Source: Paraspadella gotoi (Eukaryota > Animalia > Chaetognatha). Taken from it: DNA of 52,267 nt. Each line of letters opens with the position of its first letter. The first letter of the stretch is position 1. The notes beneath the pieces were generated by a model that saw nothing but the letters and a program-made list of their open reading frames with translations, was not told the origin of the DNA and searched no databases. The position numbers and the translations under genes were made by a program. Of the stretch, positions 1 through 9,855 are shown one piece after another. The stretch covers positions 1 through 52,267 of the forward strand of contig JBJCIZ010001669.1 in NCBI GenBank assembly GCA_051294375.1, in the 5' to 3' direction.

Positions 1-697
1 AGAGAAAGTTCCGCTTGAATCACTTCTGAATAAAAGTATTTCAGATGAATTATCTCAATTTTTTGAAAGCAAGAAGAGGACTACTATGTCTAAGCTTAAT
101 ATCTCCCACATTGAAATGTCCAGCGGACCCGACTCCGGATATGGATGACACTGAGTGGACGCATTTTCCGGCAAATGATTCCACTGATCCGGCACACCCT
201 CCGTCGGCGACAAAGTAGAGTGTTCATCAGATGACTGAGATCCGGACAGTCTATAGAGAAGGAATAGACAAAAGGAGCTATTCCATCTCTTCAATTAGTG
301 CTATCTCACAGTAGAGTGACAAGGCGTCGCAGAAAGCGTGAAATCAAGAAGTGGAAGGTCTTCTTGCCCTTGGACAGTCTCAATTGTTCAATCTCAGATA
401 AAGATGTAGCTTCAGGCCACACTGAGGAAGTTGACGAAGTTGTGGATGAGCAATTTAAAGCCAAGGAAGTTCCAGTTTTTGCAGACAAAGTTCTCCCAGA
501 AAATCTTGGAAATGCAACAGGCGCCTGATGTGAGTGAAAAAATTTGATTATTTTGAAGGAAAAGAGGAAGTACCAGATAAGCATGAAGCTTTGCTTTTAT
601 CTATGGGGACTTTGGCATTCCTTCGTCACCGCAGTCTCTTCATCATCAGTAATCAGGGAGTGCTACTGGCTTGTGACAGCCCCTGAAGGAGGAATCA
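1..697 (+). pseudogene. Decayed Ty3/Gypsy pol fragment (linker upstream of integrase)
   Basis: Across frameshifts and stops, the + strand reads ...KILEMQQAPDVSEK / FDYFEGKEEVPDKHEALLLSMGTLAFLRHRSLFIISNQGVLL. This resembles the 'Q..D......G..P.K......F....GVL' linker that precedes Gypsy integrases. No catalytic motif is present. Confidence 0.35.
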
Positions 698-786
698 AGT
701 GGAGGACGGAATTTTTAGTGAAAAGAATTCGATACCAAATAAAATGAACGAGAGTTTATTTCAGTATAACATCGAAGGGAAAATGC
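698..786 (+). mobile_element. DNA-transposon-like terminus (left arm of a ~90-bp inverted repeat)
   Basis: AGTGGAGGACGGAATTTTTAGTGAAAAGAATTCGATACCAA...CGAAGGGAAAATGC is a near-exact reverse complement of 2619-2707. Its first ~45 bp also match 19945-19989. Confidence 0.75.
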
Positions 787-1163
787 GAGAGATATTACAT
801 CTCATCTAAAAGTTGGAGATTTAGTCATGAAGAAGAAGACTTCATTTTTCCTTGGTCCTCCACAAAAAATTCAAAGGAAAGTGGATCAAGATGCGTGGGA
901 AATAGTTGCCAAAAATAGCAACGAATTCATTCAAGTGCCATTCTCTAGTCTCTGGTGAATTTAAAGTATTCCCTGGAGATCATCTTATTCGTTCAAACTT
1001 GTCCAGAGAGAGCCTCATCAAAATGGTTGACAAAATGAGAACGCTGGACCCCCGTGCCATGCCCGCCTGCGGACCGCCTCTTACCCGTTTGGCTGCTCGC
1101 CGCTCTGCTTCTGCAAATGCAGGGATCGCTATTGATGCAATTCATCTTATTTTCGCCGAATGA
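787..1163 (+). pseudogene. Retroviral-type integrase C-terminal (SH3-like) fragment
   Basis: With one frameshift near 906 it reads HLKVGDLVMKKKTSFFLGPPQKIQRKVDQDAWEIVAKIATNSFKCHSLVSGEFKVFPGDHLIRS...*. This matches the 'lkvGDlV...k......I......sY....~g....h...L' pattern of Gypsy integrase tails. Confidence 0.45.
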
Positions 1164-2618
1164 GACAATATCGTAAATGTGGGATTTTTGAATTTTGTAT
1201 TCTTATTTTCACTAGATACTTTCGTTGTATTTCGTTGCAATTGCTGACTATTCGGAATTTTTTTTTGAATATTTTGTTTGAGTAAATTCCTAATCGTTTG
1301 AATTGTTTAAATAAATGTGACAAATAATTATTACATGCAATTTCAATAGATGAGAATATATTGGCGAAATTAATGATAATTGATGGATGCGAGCGTCTTT
1401 TGTTTAAACGTGGGAGACACGCACGGCGTTTGTGCCGGGTCTTTGCCGTGGCTGTAGAACGAATTAGAGAATGGGTGACCACTTGTAAATTTCACTGTAT
1501 AATTGATTAATATATATTATTCAATCATTATTGTACTCACATAGTAGACCTTCTCAATTTGTAGAATCCGTCAGGATCCTTCCTTAAGGGAGTAATGAGA
1601 AAATGGTCGAAACTATACAATTAATTATATGTGATATTAATCATAATAAATTAATTTTGATTACATGTATGACATATTAATCAAATCTTTTGAGATTCAG
1701 GTTGAAGAGAAAAGGCACCGATCACCCTGACACCTGCGAGATTCTTAACGGCGGACAAGTCGCTTGAAAATGTTTAAGATTGCCATGGAGTGTGAGAAGG
1801 GGATCGCTATATGTGTGAGCTGAAAGTTAAATTTTATTAACTGTGATAACTGATCAAAAATAAATATTGCATGTTGAACCAATATTTAAATCAGAAACGA
1901 TCAATAATCAATGTGACAGTAAATTTTTTTCGGGATAAATGGTAAAAGTTTTTTTTCGTTTTTTTTCCATAGAAAAAAAAATGATGTTATTTTATTTCCG
2001 TTTTGAATTGTTTAAAAGTTATTGCATTTCGAATTCAACTTATTTGTGCATTTAGATAAATTTATTCTAATAATTGAATTCGTCGTTGTGATTTGTATTT
2101 GAATTGTTTTGCATTCAATATCTACTTTTGTCTGCGTATTACTTAATGTAATTTTCATATGTCTTTTGTTTTACAAAAAGTTTGATAACTTACGTAAATT
2201 TTAAAAAGAGCATCGACTTTTTGTTAGATCGAAAAATTGTTAGCTTATGAAATTTATTTTGAAAGAGTGTGTGAAATAAGATTTGATATTAATTCCATTT
2301 ATATATTCGCGAATTCATTGACCGTTACAATTATTGTCTATCCTTGTGAATTTTATAGTGTTATTTTGGTTAAAATTTTTATTTTTTTAACCCTGAGTGA
2401 ATTTATAGTATCGTTTTTAGAAATATTATTTTGTATTTTTGAAATTTTAGTAGCATGGCCGAGTGAAGATTGAGAGAAAGAATTCGGTGAATTACAAAAT
2501 GTAAATAATATTTTCTCGGCCTAAAATTCCATTCTCATTTACATTCCTACTTTGGTAAACAAAGTAGTTCATATAAAAGTCATTGTTATTTTATTTCTCG
2601 CGCTCATTTATAATTATT

Positions 2619-2707
2619 GCATTTCCCTTCGATGTTATACTGAAATAAACTCTCGTTCATTTTTACTTGGTATCGAATTCTTTCACTAAAAATTCCGTCC
2701 TCCACTG
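2619..2707 (-). mobile_element. DNA-transposon-like terminus (right arm), ending ...CCGTCCTCCACTG
   Basis: Reverse complement of 698-786. It starts CAGTGG on the - strand and abuts the 5'-truncated large repeat at 2708. Confidence 0.75.
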
Positions 2708-5700
2708 TGGTGCAGTGTATCCCCGTGATGACCCACTCGCTGAAAATACATTTCGCCCTCTGGAAACGCCGGAATGAAGCTAAGCGGCTCGGATCTGCCC
2801 TACGAACCCCACCCTCAATCCTGACCCTTTAATCTCATTGTGCGGCAGCTTTCCAGGCCATGGCCCCTGGTACGGTACCAACCAGAACCATTGGCGCCGC
2901 CGCGCCCAGGCAGCTGCCAAACCATTTCCTCCCGCCTTTCTTTCTTTATCCCAGCTTTCCGGTGTGTTGTCCGCCGTGCCAAAGTTGCTTTGTTCGCCAA
3001 CCCCAAAGGTGCTTTGTTCGCCAATTCAATTATAGACAACAAACCCCCCCCCAAGATCCTATGGACAGGATCGAAAATTTCATTCTTATTTTTTTTATTG
3101 TTCTTTCTATCTTACATTTTCTTCACCTCCCAATTCCACCAATCCCTCCCAATTCCATTCTCAATCCCTCCCAATCCCACCAACCCCAATCATGCGCTGC
3201 AGCCTAAAATAGGCTTTTTTTCTCAGGTGGTTCACATGACAAAAGGCTAATTTTTTGATCATCCCCTATTTCTCTCTTTTCTTACTCCATCCCTTCTTCT
3301 TTCCTTTGCTCTTCTTTCCCTGCTTTCATTTTTTTCTTCACTGCAGGAAACTAGGTACCGGAAAAACCGACTCAGGATTCATTAACTCCTTCACAGGCAA
3401 AACATCATCACAATCATAAAATTGACTCAGACTAATACTCTTCATTTCTCGCTTCCTTTGTCTCTAAGTTTCTCTCTAACAATTTTTTTTCAGGAACCAG
3501 GTTATATGAATCGCCAATCTACTTGTGAGCTTTACAGCTAACCTTTACTGCAGTTGCTCATTAGGAAAATAACTCAAAACCTCCTAACTCTCCCTTTTTT
3601 TACTATAAACGCCTTTTTTGCCTTTTTCATTTATCTCTTCAGTTTACTTTCATGTGTTTCACCTTCTTTTCCTCACGCTTTCCGTAAACTCTCCTCCCTC
3701 TTTCATGAATATAGTTTAAACAAGTTATTATAAAGAGGAAATAAATAAATAAAAAACAAATAAATAAATAAATAAAATTAATTTAACGTAATAGAATGAA
3801 ATAAAACAATATAAAATAAACAATATAAACAAAAACCGAAATAAAATAAAATACACAAACTCGAATAAAATAAAACAAAACAAAATAACAATGGGAGTGA
3901 ATAAACGAGACTGTGAGAGAGTCTTGATTGAAAGCTTGCAGGGACCTGCTATGTCATTATCTTGTAAGAGTGATGGAGGCCTTAAACCACCAAAGCCTGT
4001 CCAAAGTCAGGGGCAAGATAGCTTATTTATTAAATGAATGGATAATTTTTATATTGGTTGTACCAATTTCATAAAAAATTCGAAATTATGAAAATGTGAA
4101 ACTACAAAAATAAAAAAATATCAAAATACCAAAATACCAAAATACCAAAATACCAAAATACCAAAATATCAAAATATCAAAATATCAAAATATCAAAATA
4201 TTAAAATACAAAAATACAAAGATTAAAATAAACAAAATAAAACTGAAATTTAACAAACAAACAAAATTGAAATGAGACAAAAATAAACCAAAATAAAATA
4301 ATTAAATATAAAATTGAAACATAATAAAAAAAACTAACAAATAAAATAAGCAAAATTAAAATAAAATAATATTAAATATAACAAATAAAATTAAACTCAA
4401 GGCCGGCCGAAATAAAATTTAAAAAAAATAATATAAACAAAATAATATAAAATAAAATTATTATGTTAAACAAAATCAATAAAATTAAATAAAGTAAAAT
4501 AAAACAAATATGCAAAACAAACAAAATAAAACAATACAGTACGAACAATATAAACAGAATAAACAAGATAAACAAAATACTAAAAAAAAACAAAAAAACA
4601 CAAAAATCTTTTTACCTATTTGCAACGCCCAAAATATACATTTTAATACACTTTAATCAATGTCACCCTTATCTTCCAATTAGGCCCAAGTCTTCCATTA
4701 ACCAGCCAATGTAGGATTCGTGGTGACCGGCAGAGATGGCGACTGCAGTCATGGCGACAGCGACGGTGTCTGCGGCATTGGAACGCAACGCGAGGAAGGC
4801 AGCGAGAAGAAAACCCCACTGAAAAACCTCGACGACCCTACCCATTAGCCCCCCTTTCCATGGCGACACCCACCCAGCGTCTTACCCTCTTCCACGGGCG
4901 CTGCTCCAAACTGCGACGCCCGAACTTTCCACTCTCAAGGCAACCTACCCTTCGTCCACATCAACCTTTCTGCAATCTCGCCACCAACGGAGCTCATTGA
5001 CTATCCTCCCACAATTACAGTTTTTGCCCCTTATCGGCCACCTCCAAATCCTAATTACTGTCGCATTCAGCGTTTGAAATGTATTGTCATCTAAGCCTTT
5101 TGTCGTCTATTATCCTCATTGACTGTAACTATGTAATTCAGACCTCAATTTTCTGTAATGGTGACTTTTATTTGTTTACTATTTTGCTTACCATTTAACA
5201 AACCGTAGCAATTCATGTTTAACTCGTTAAACTTGCCTACCATCTCATGAATTCTATTAATTAAAATTTTATTCCCTATTCCCCATTCTATTCCCTTTTG
5301 TTTACCAATTAATGAAATTTACCAGTTGAAGTTTTGTTCAATTAATGTGACTCTTTTGTTTTTTTTTGAGAACTGCCTTCTCCGCTACTAAACTTCACTG
5401 AACCAGCGATCCCCCCCTGCGAACTCTTCCGGACTCCCGAATCTTGAATGAGACATCAGCGCCCCCAGAAATCTCTCTCTGACGCAATTCCACCAAGCCA
5501 GCAGATGACGACGCCCACCTACGCCATTGTGGGCCCATGTGGACATCTCGGTTAAGAAGAGGGGCGCAAGATAGAGGGGCGTTTACCGCCACAACTCTTC
5601 CCCATCCCCGTCGTCCCCTCCTACTCATCCCCTCCTCCTCATCCCTCCGGCAACCCTCGGGCCGGGACCAAGGATTCACTCTCAGCTCAACTCACAAGTC

Positions 5701-5844
5701 GGGGCACCAGAAACCTCCCTCCCTCTCCCTCTTATTTTGTACATAACCGTCTTTACTATAATTTAGACTTATTAGACTCCATATCTCTTTTACCTGATGA
5801 GAGACTAGTTAGTACCTACCTTAAGCTAGATACCCATCTTCCCA
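2708..5844 (+). mobile_element. Large repeat copy 1 (putative giant LTR, 5'-truncated)
   Basis: Colinear with 10740-13909 and 34917-38058. It ends ...GATACCCATCTTCCCA, has a private ~180-bp insertion at about 3891-4069, and lacks ~0.5 kb near 5368. Confidence 0.8.
4115..4220 (+). repeat. (AAAATACC/AAAATATC)n 8-bp minisatellite within the large repeat
   Basis: About 10 tandem units are directly visible. The array recurs at about 11885-12015 and 35785-35875. Confidence 0.9.
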
Positions 5845-6744
5845 GAAAGTTATTTATTTATATTTATCTAATATAACATAATATATTATATGTTTGATCT
5901 TGCTGCCTAAAAACTAATATTTCGGCCAGGAATCCGAAGGTTAGCGTTAGTAATATATTGCATCACATAAAAGGCAGGATAAAATTCGTGCATTATGCAA
6001 TTGTAAAACGCTTCTTTTAGAAACGCTTGGCCGTCCGTAGGGGCAAGATCGGAGCGTCTCAATTAACCCCCAGCCAATGCGTTCCCTTGATGGCTACGCG
6101 TGAAATTCGCGGGAAAAAAAAAATTATCTTCTCCTAACTATCGATGTCGATTGGTCGAGGCCCGCCAATCCAGGACCGCAGGGAAGAAGCTTGCATTTTG
6201 CGATCCAAAACGCAAAAAGGAACCACGCGGCCCAACACAGATACACCCGCTCCCGCAAGCACACTTTGCGGAGCCGCGCGGGAAGTCCACGTGACTGCGT
6301 CTTCACCTGACCTCAAAATGGATAAGGCGGCCCAACCTTACCGTCTCCGAGACCCGTCCTGTTGCCAATCACAGCAACCGAACAGGGGGAGAGAAAGAGA
6401 ACAAAGGTGGATCCAGTAGATCTTCAAAAGAGATTAATTAAGGGAACGAAACAATTCCCCCTCCATCACAGAACCCACTGGTCCCAGAAATCGATCTCTC
6501 TTAAATCCAACACCAGATCTAACCTACAGAATAAAATCATCAATAAATCAAATGAAAAGCGACAAATCCTTGACACTAAACCGATCCATAAGCAAAAATC
6601 ATATTCGAAATCATATGCCAGTCTAAAATACCGATGTAAATCAAATGAATAAATCAAATCGAGCAGCAAAACGAAATGCCATCAAATGCAATAAGCACTA
6701 TCATAGCATGCCAAAGCATCTAGGAGCATCATCTACCGCCATCA

Positions 6745-6948
6745 AAAACTCCAAAGTTGTTGGGGCTGATTGAGCAGATCATGATCAAGGGGAAGCGGAG
6801 GTTGCTTCCTCGGTCGTCCACGGCGTCGCGGAGCAAGAGGCACAGCCTCAATTGCCATCATGTATGGGGCTCCATCTGCTGACTGCCAGGAGCATCATCT
6901 GAGGATGCATCAATAACAGCTGGTTCCATTTTCGGGGGTCATCAAATC
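6745..6948 (-). pseudogene. Exon-like fragment encoding an AT-hook
   Basis: The - strand follows a ...CCTAG acceptor and reads MEPAVIDASSDDAPGS / ADGAPYMMAIEAVPLAPRRRGRPRKQPPLPLDHDLLNQPQQLWSF* with one frameshift. RRRGRPRK (about 6805-6828) is a canonical AT-hook. Confidence 0.35.
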
Positions 6949-7125
6949 TAGGTATGAATATAAGCATAAACGTGTCTCTGTGCTACAAATTGATAACAAA
7001 GACTGTAAGCTACTCTGTATTAATGTNNNNNNNNNNNNNNNNNNNNNNNNNNNNNNNNNNNNNNNNNNNNNNNNNNNNNNNNNNNNNNNNNNNNNNNNNN
7101 NNNNNNNNNNNNNNNNNNNNNNNNN

Positions 7126-9724
7126 NCAAACGACGACCCTCCCACCACCCCTGGCCCCTCACTGGGTCTCTCACTCGATGCTCGCCCTCTCTCTCTCTCC
7201 CCCATTTCGACTTCCAAACCCACGCAGAGAGACAGTACTCACTTTCTTAGATTCTCTTCATAGTGATATAGATAGTCAACGCATCTTCTTACTTTGTTCG
7301 TTAACTCTCATATTTCATGTACGTATCACTACTCATCTTCAGTTTTATATGTCGAAAAATTATTCCTCTGTCCGAGAAAGCGCCCTCCAAAGGTTTAACC
7401 CTTTACCCCAGGAATTATAGTTTCCACTGCTTGCTAAGAAGGTCGTTTTTTTCTGAGTGTACCGACTAACTTTGGCTAATTTCCGAGCAAAGCCCTCCGC
7501 AACCCAGCCCTAATTTTTTTTGTTTCTTTTAATTTTCCCATCTTTTCCCTAGATCTTAATTATTGAGAGTTGTTTTTTTCAATGGATGATTTCTTTCTAT
7601 CTTTCATTCGTGGAGAAAAAAAAAGAGGAAAAAAATTATAAAAACACTCTAAAAAGACTATTTAATTTCTACCGTAATTTAGTTTTGGCACAAAAAAATT
7701 ATCATGCTTCTACAAATGAGAACGCAAGAGCGGGAAAAAACGTTTGAAGGAAATAAAAAGAATTTCTTCAATTCAACGCAAAGGAAGGCATAAGAGAAAA
7801 AGTAAACCGAAAAAAACAAGAAAAGGAGCCTTAAGCTCAATTGCCCATTCTGCTATAATTAGATTCAAATTATCGATAGATCATCTATCTCTGGCCACGC
7901 CTCAAATATAATTTCTTTTCAGCTAAATAACACGGGACACAATAGTGTTTTGTTAACTGTATACTTAATAATAATTAATTGTTAATCTGTCTCCTTGGTT
8001 AGCAAGTATAATCCGGTGGACACTTAATCCGTACTTCTATAGCAAGATAATCCGGGACGATTAATGCTCACTATATTTTCCTTCTTATATTTTATTTCCT
8101 TACTATTGCTCTAACTTCCTTGTGTACTTCTGGTACTCTCACTAAACTTCATTTTGATATGTTTTCGATTTTTATTCTTAATTTTCTGCATAATGCAACG
8201 TGTTATATATTTTAACTCACACTGCCGTCACGTGTCCTATCCGCCGCACATTATTTCAGCCAAACTTTAATTTTATATATCTGTATTCTTCGTATTTCGT
8301 TATATTCTGTATTATCTTTCCCATGAAATCTCGGTTTTCGCCGGATCTGCTGTTTATTTCTTTTAATTTACTTAGTATATTTATTAATTTTTTCCATTTT
8401 TCTCACCATATCTTTAAATAGGTTATTAACACACAAGCGTTTTTTTTCTTTTTTTTGTTTTTTTAACCATTTCGGTTGTTTTGATTTAATTCATCACTAT
8501 TGTCAACTCTCCCATGTTCAATCTTCATAATCGCACTTTACTATTTTTCACTCACATTTTCCGAACTTCGATTCCTTCTAATTCAAACAATTAGCGATTT
8601 TATTGATATCAACTATTTTATCCATCTATCTATTTCAATTTTTAATAATATTTACATTTTGATACAACTCCTTTCGAAAATTTTTATTGCTACATTCTTG
8701 CAACAAATAGTAACTATCCACGCCTATTTGCGCCGACTTTCGATCTCGGTTCAACTAATGTTGCAAACGCATTTACGATTTTCATATTTTTAGGTTAACA
8801 TCACTTCATCTATTCGATTTATTATTGTTTAGAATATTGTTGACGCAGCAATTTTCGATCTTTTCTCTTTCCGTAAATAAGTCTTTATTCGCTTTTACTT
8901 TTTTCATCTTTACTTAAGCCTGTCATCCTCTATTTAAAACAGCATTCTTTGCTGCACGTCACGTCGATGCCTTTCTCCTTTTCTCACTAATAATACATGG
9001 ATGGATTCGAGCTAGGAAGCGGTCGTCAATATCTTTTACTTTATCCCTTTAACCGCCTCCTTGTGAACAAACCGATCAAACTACTGATCTCAGCCGCTTT
9101 TTCCTTCATTGGCGCTGTAATTTCTTTTTTGTAAAGGTTTTGTCATATTCTTTTTAGGACCAGAAAAAAGTCCGTGTTTCTGTGGTATTGTAACGTTTTT
9201 AATCGTATTGAGATGAGAGAAAAGTACCATTAAAAAAAAGAGAAAAAGGAGAGGAAGGCTTCCGCGGCCTCCTCTTCCTTTCTCTCCTTTACGCTGCACC
9301 CTCTAATGCTCTCTATCCCTTCCTCACTCGAGAAAACAGTCGTCGCAGGGAGGAATGTCCAAACGCGATCCCTCCAGCACCCCATGGCCCCTCACTCGAA
9401 TGCTCGGCCTCTCTCCGTCATCCCATTCTCGATCTTTTCCCAAACCCCAAAAAAAAGATCGTTCGAACACTACTCTCGCCTTCTCATTCCTCTCTGGACT
9501 TCGTAGATCACGTGATCTGGCTTACTCCCATTGCTCGCCCCTAATAAATCTTATCTCCTCTCTTTCAATCTCGTGCCTCATGTTTCTCAGGTCGGCCTCC
9601 TCCTCTCTTCTCCCGGCCAAAATCATCTTCTCTCTTTCTTTCTTTGGCCGTTTTTTGCACATTTTCACACGAATGAGATACTGTGTTTTCATGCGCATCA
9701 GCATAGTAAATCAAAAAAAATTCC
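7126..9724 (+). mobile_element. Putative non-autonomous LTR element with short LTRs (TRIM/LARD-like)
   Basis: 7126-~7366 and 9356-9724 are diverged direct repeats (CAAACG..CCCC.TGGCCCCTCACT..TGCTCG..AAACCC). The second begins with TGT right after the purine tract AGGGAGGAA (9347-9355). The sequence at 7380-7420 resembles the post-PBS leader at 38075-38110. There is no coding ORF, and N gaps bound both ends. Confidence 0.45.
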
Positions 9725-9749
9725 NNNNNNNNNNNNNNNNNNNNNNNNN

Positions 9750-9818
9750 AGATCGATTGTGATCCCTCTCTGCCTCAACCTCATTCTCCCCCTTCTCTCT
9801 CTCTCTCCCTCTCTCTCC

Positions 9819-9855
<37 letters not shown>

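Noticed and set aside
2708-2800. tRNA/SINE head (TGGTGCAGTG A-box-like, GGCTCGGATCT B-box-like) or C/D snoRNA (GTGATGA...CTGA)
   Set aside because: The box matches are weak, the spacing is atypical, and no cloverleaf or terminal stem is evident.
2815-3250. Overlapping ORFs in the large repeat (and equivalents near 10810, 32720, 34807 and 41476)
   Set aside because: Frames and lengths differ between copies and no domain is recognisable. These are chance ORFs in GC-rich or low-complexity DNA.
4372-4593. Hydrophobic F/I/L-rich membrane ORFs on - (also 11617-12420 and 35636-36268)
   Set aside because: They are translations of the T-rich complement of the A-rich low-complexity block.
5790-5850. 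CTGATGA...GAAA as a hammerhead ribozyme near the repeat end
   Set aside because: There is no closing stem II, and the GAAA is flanking DNA present only in copy 1.
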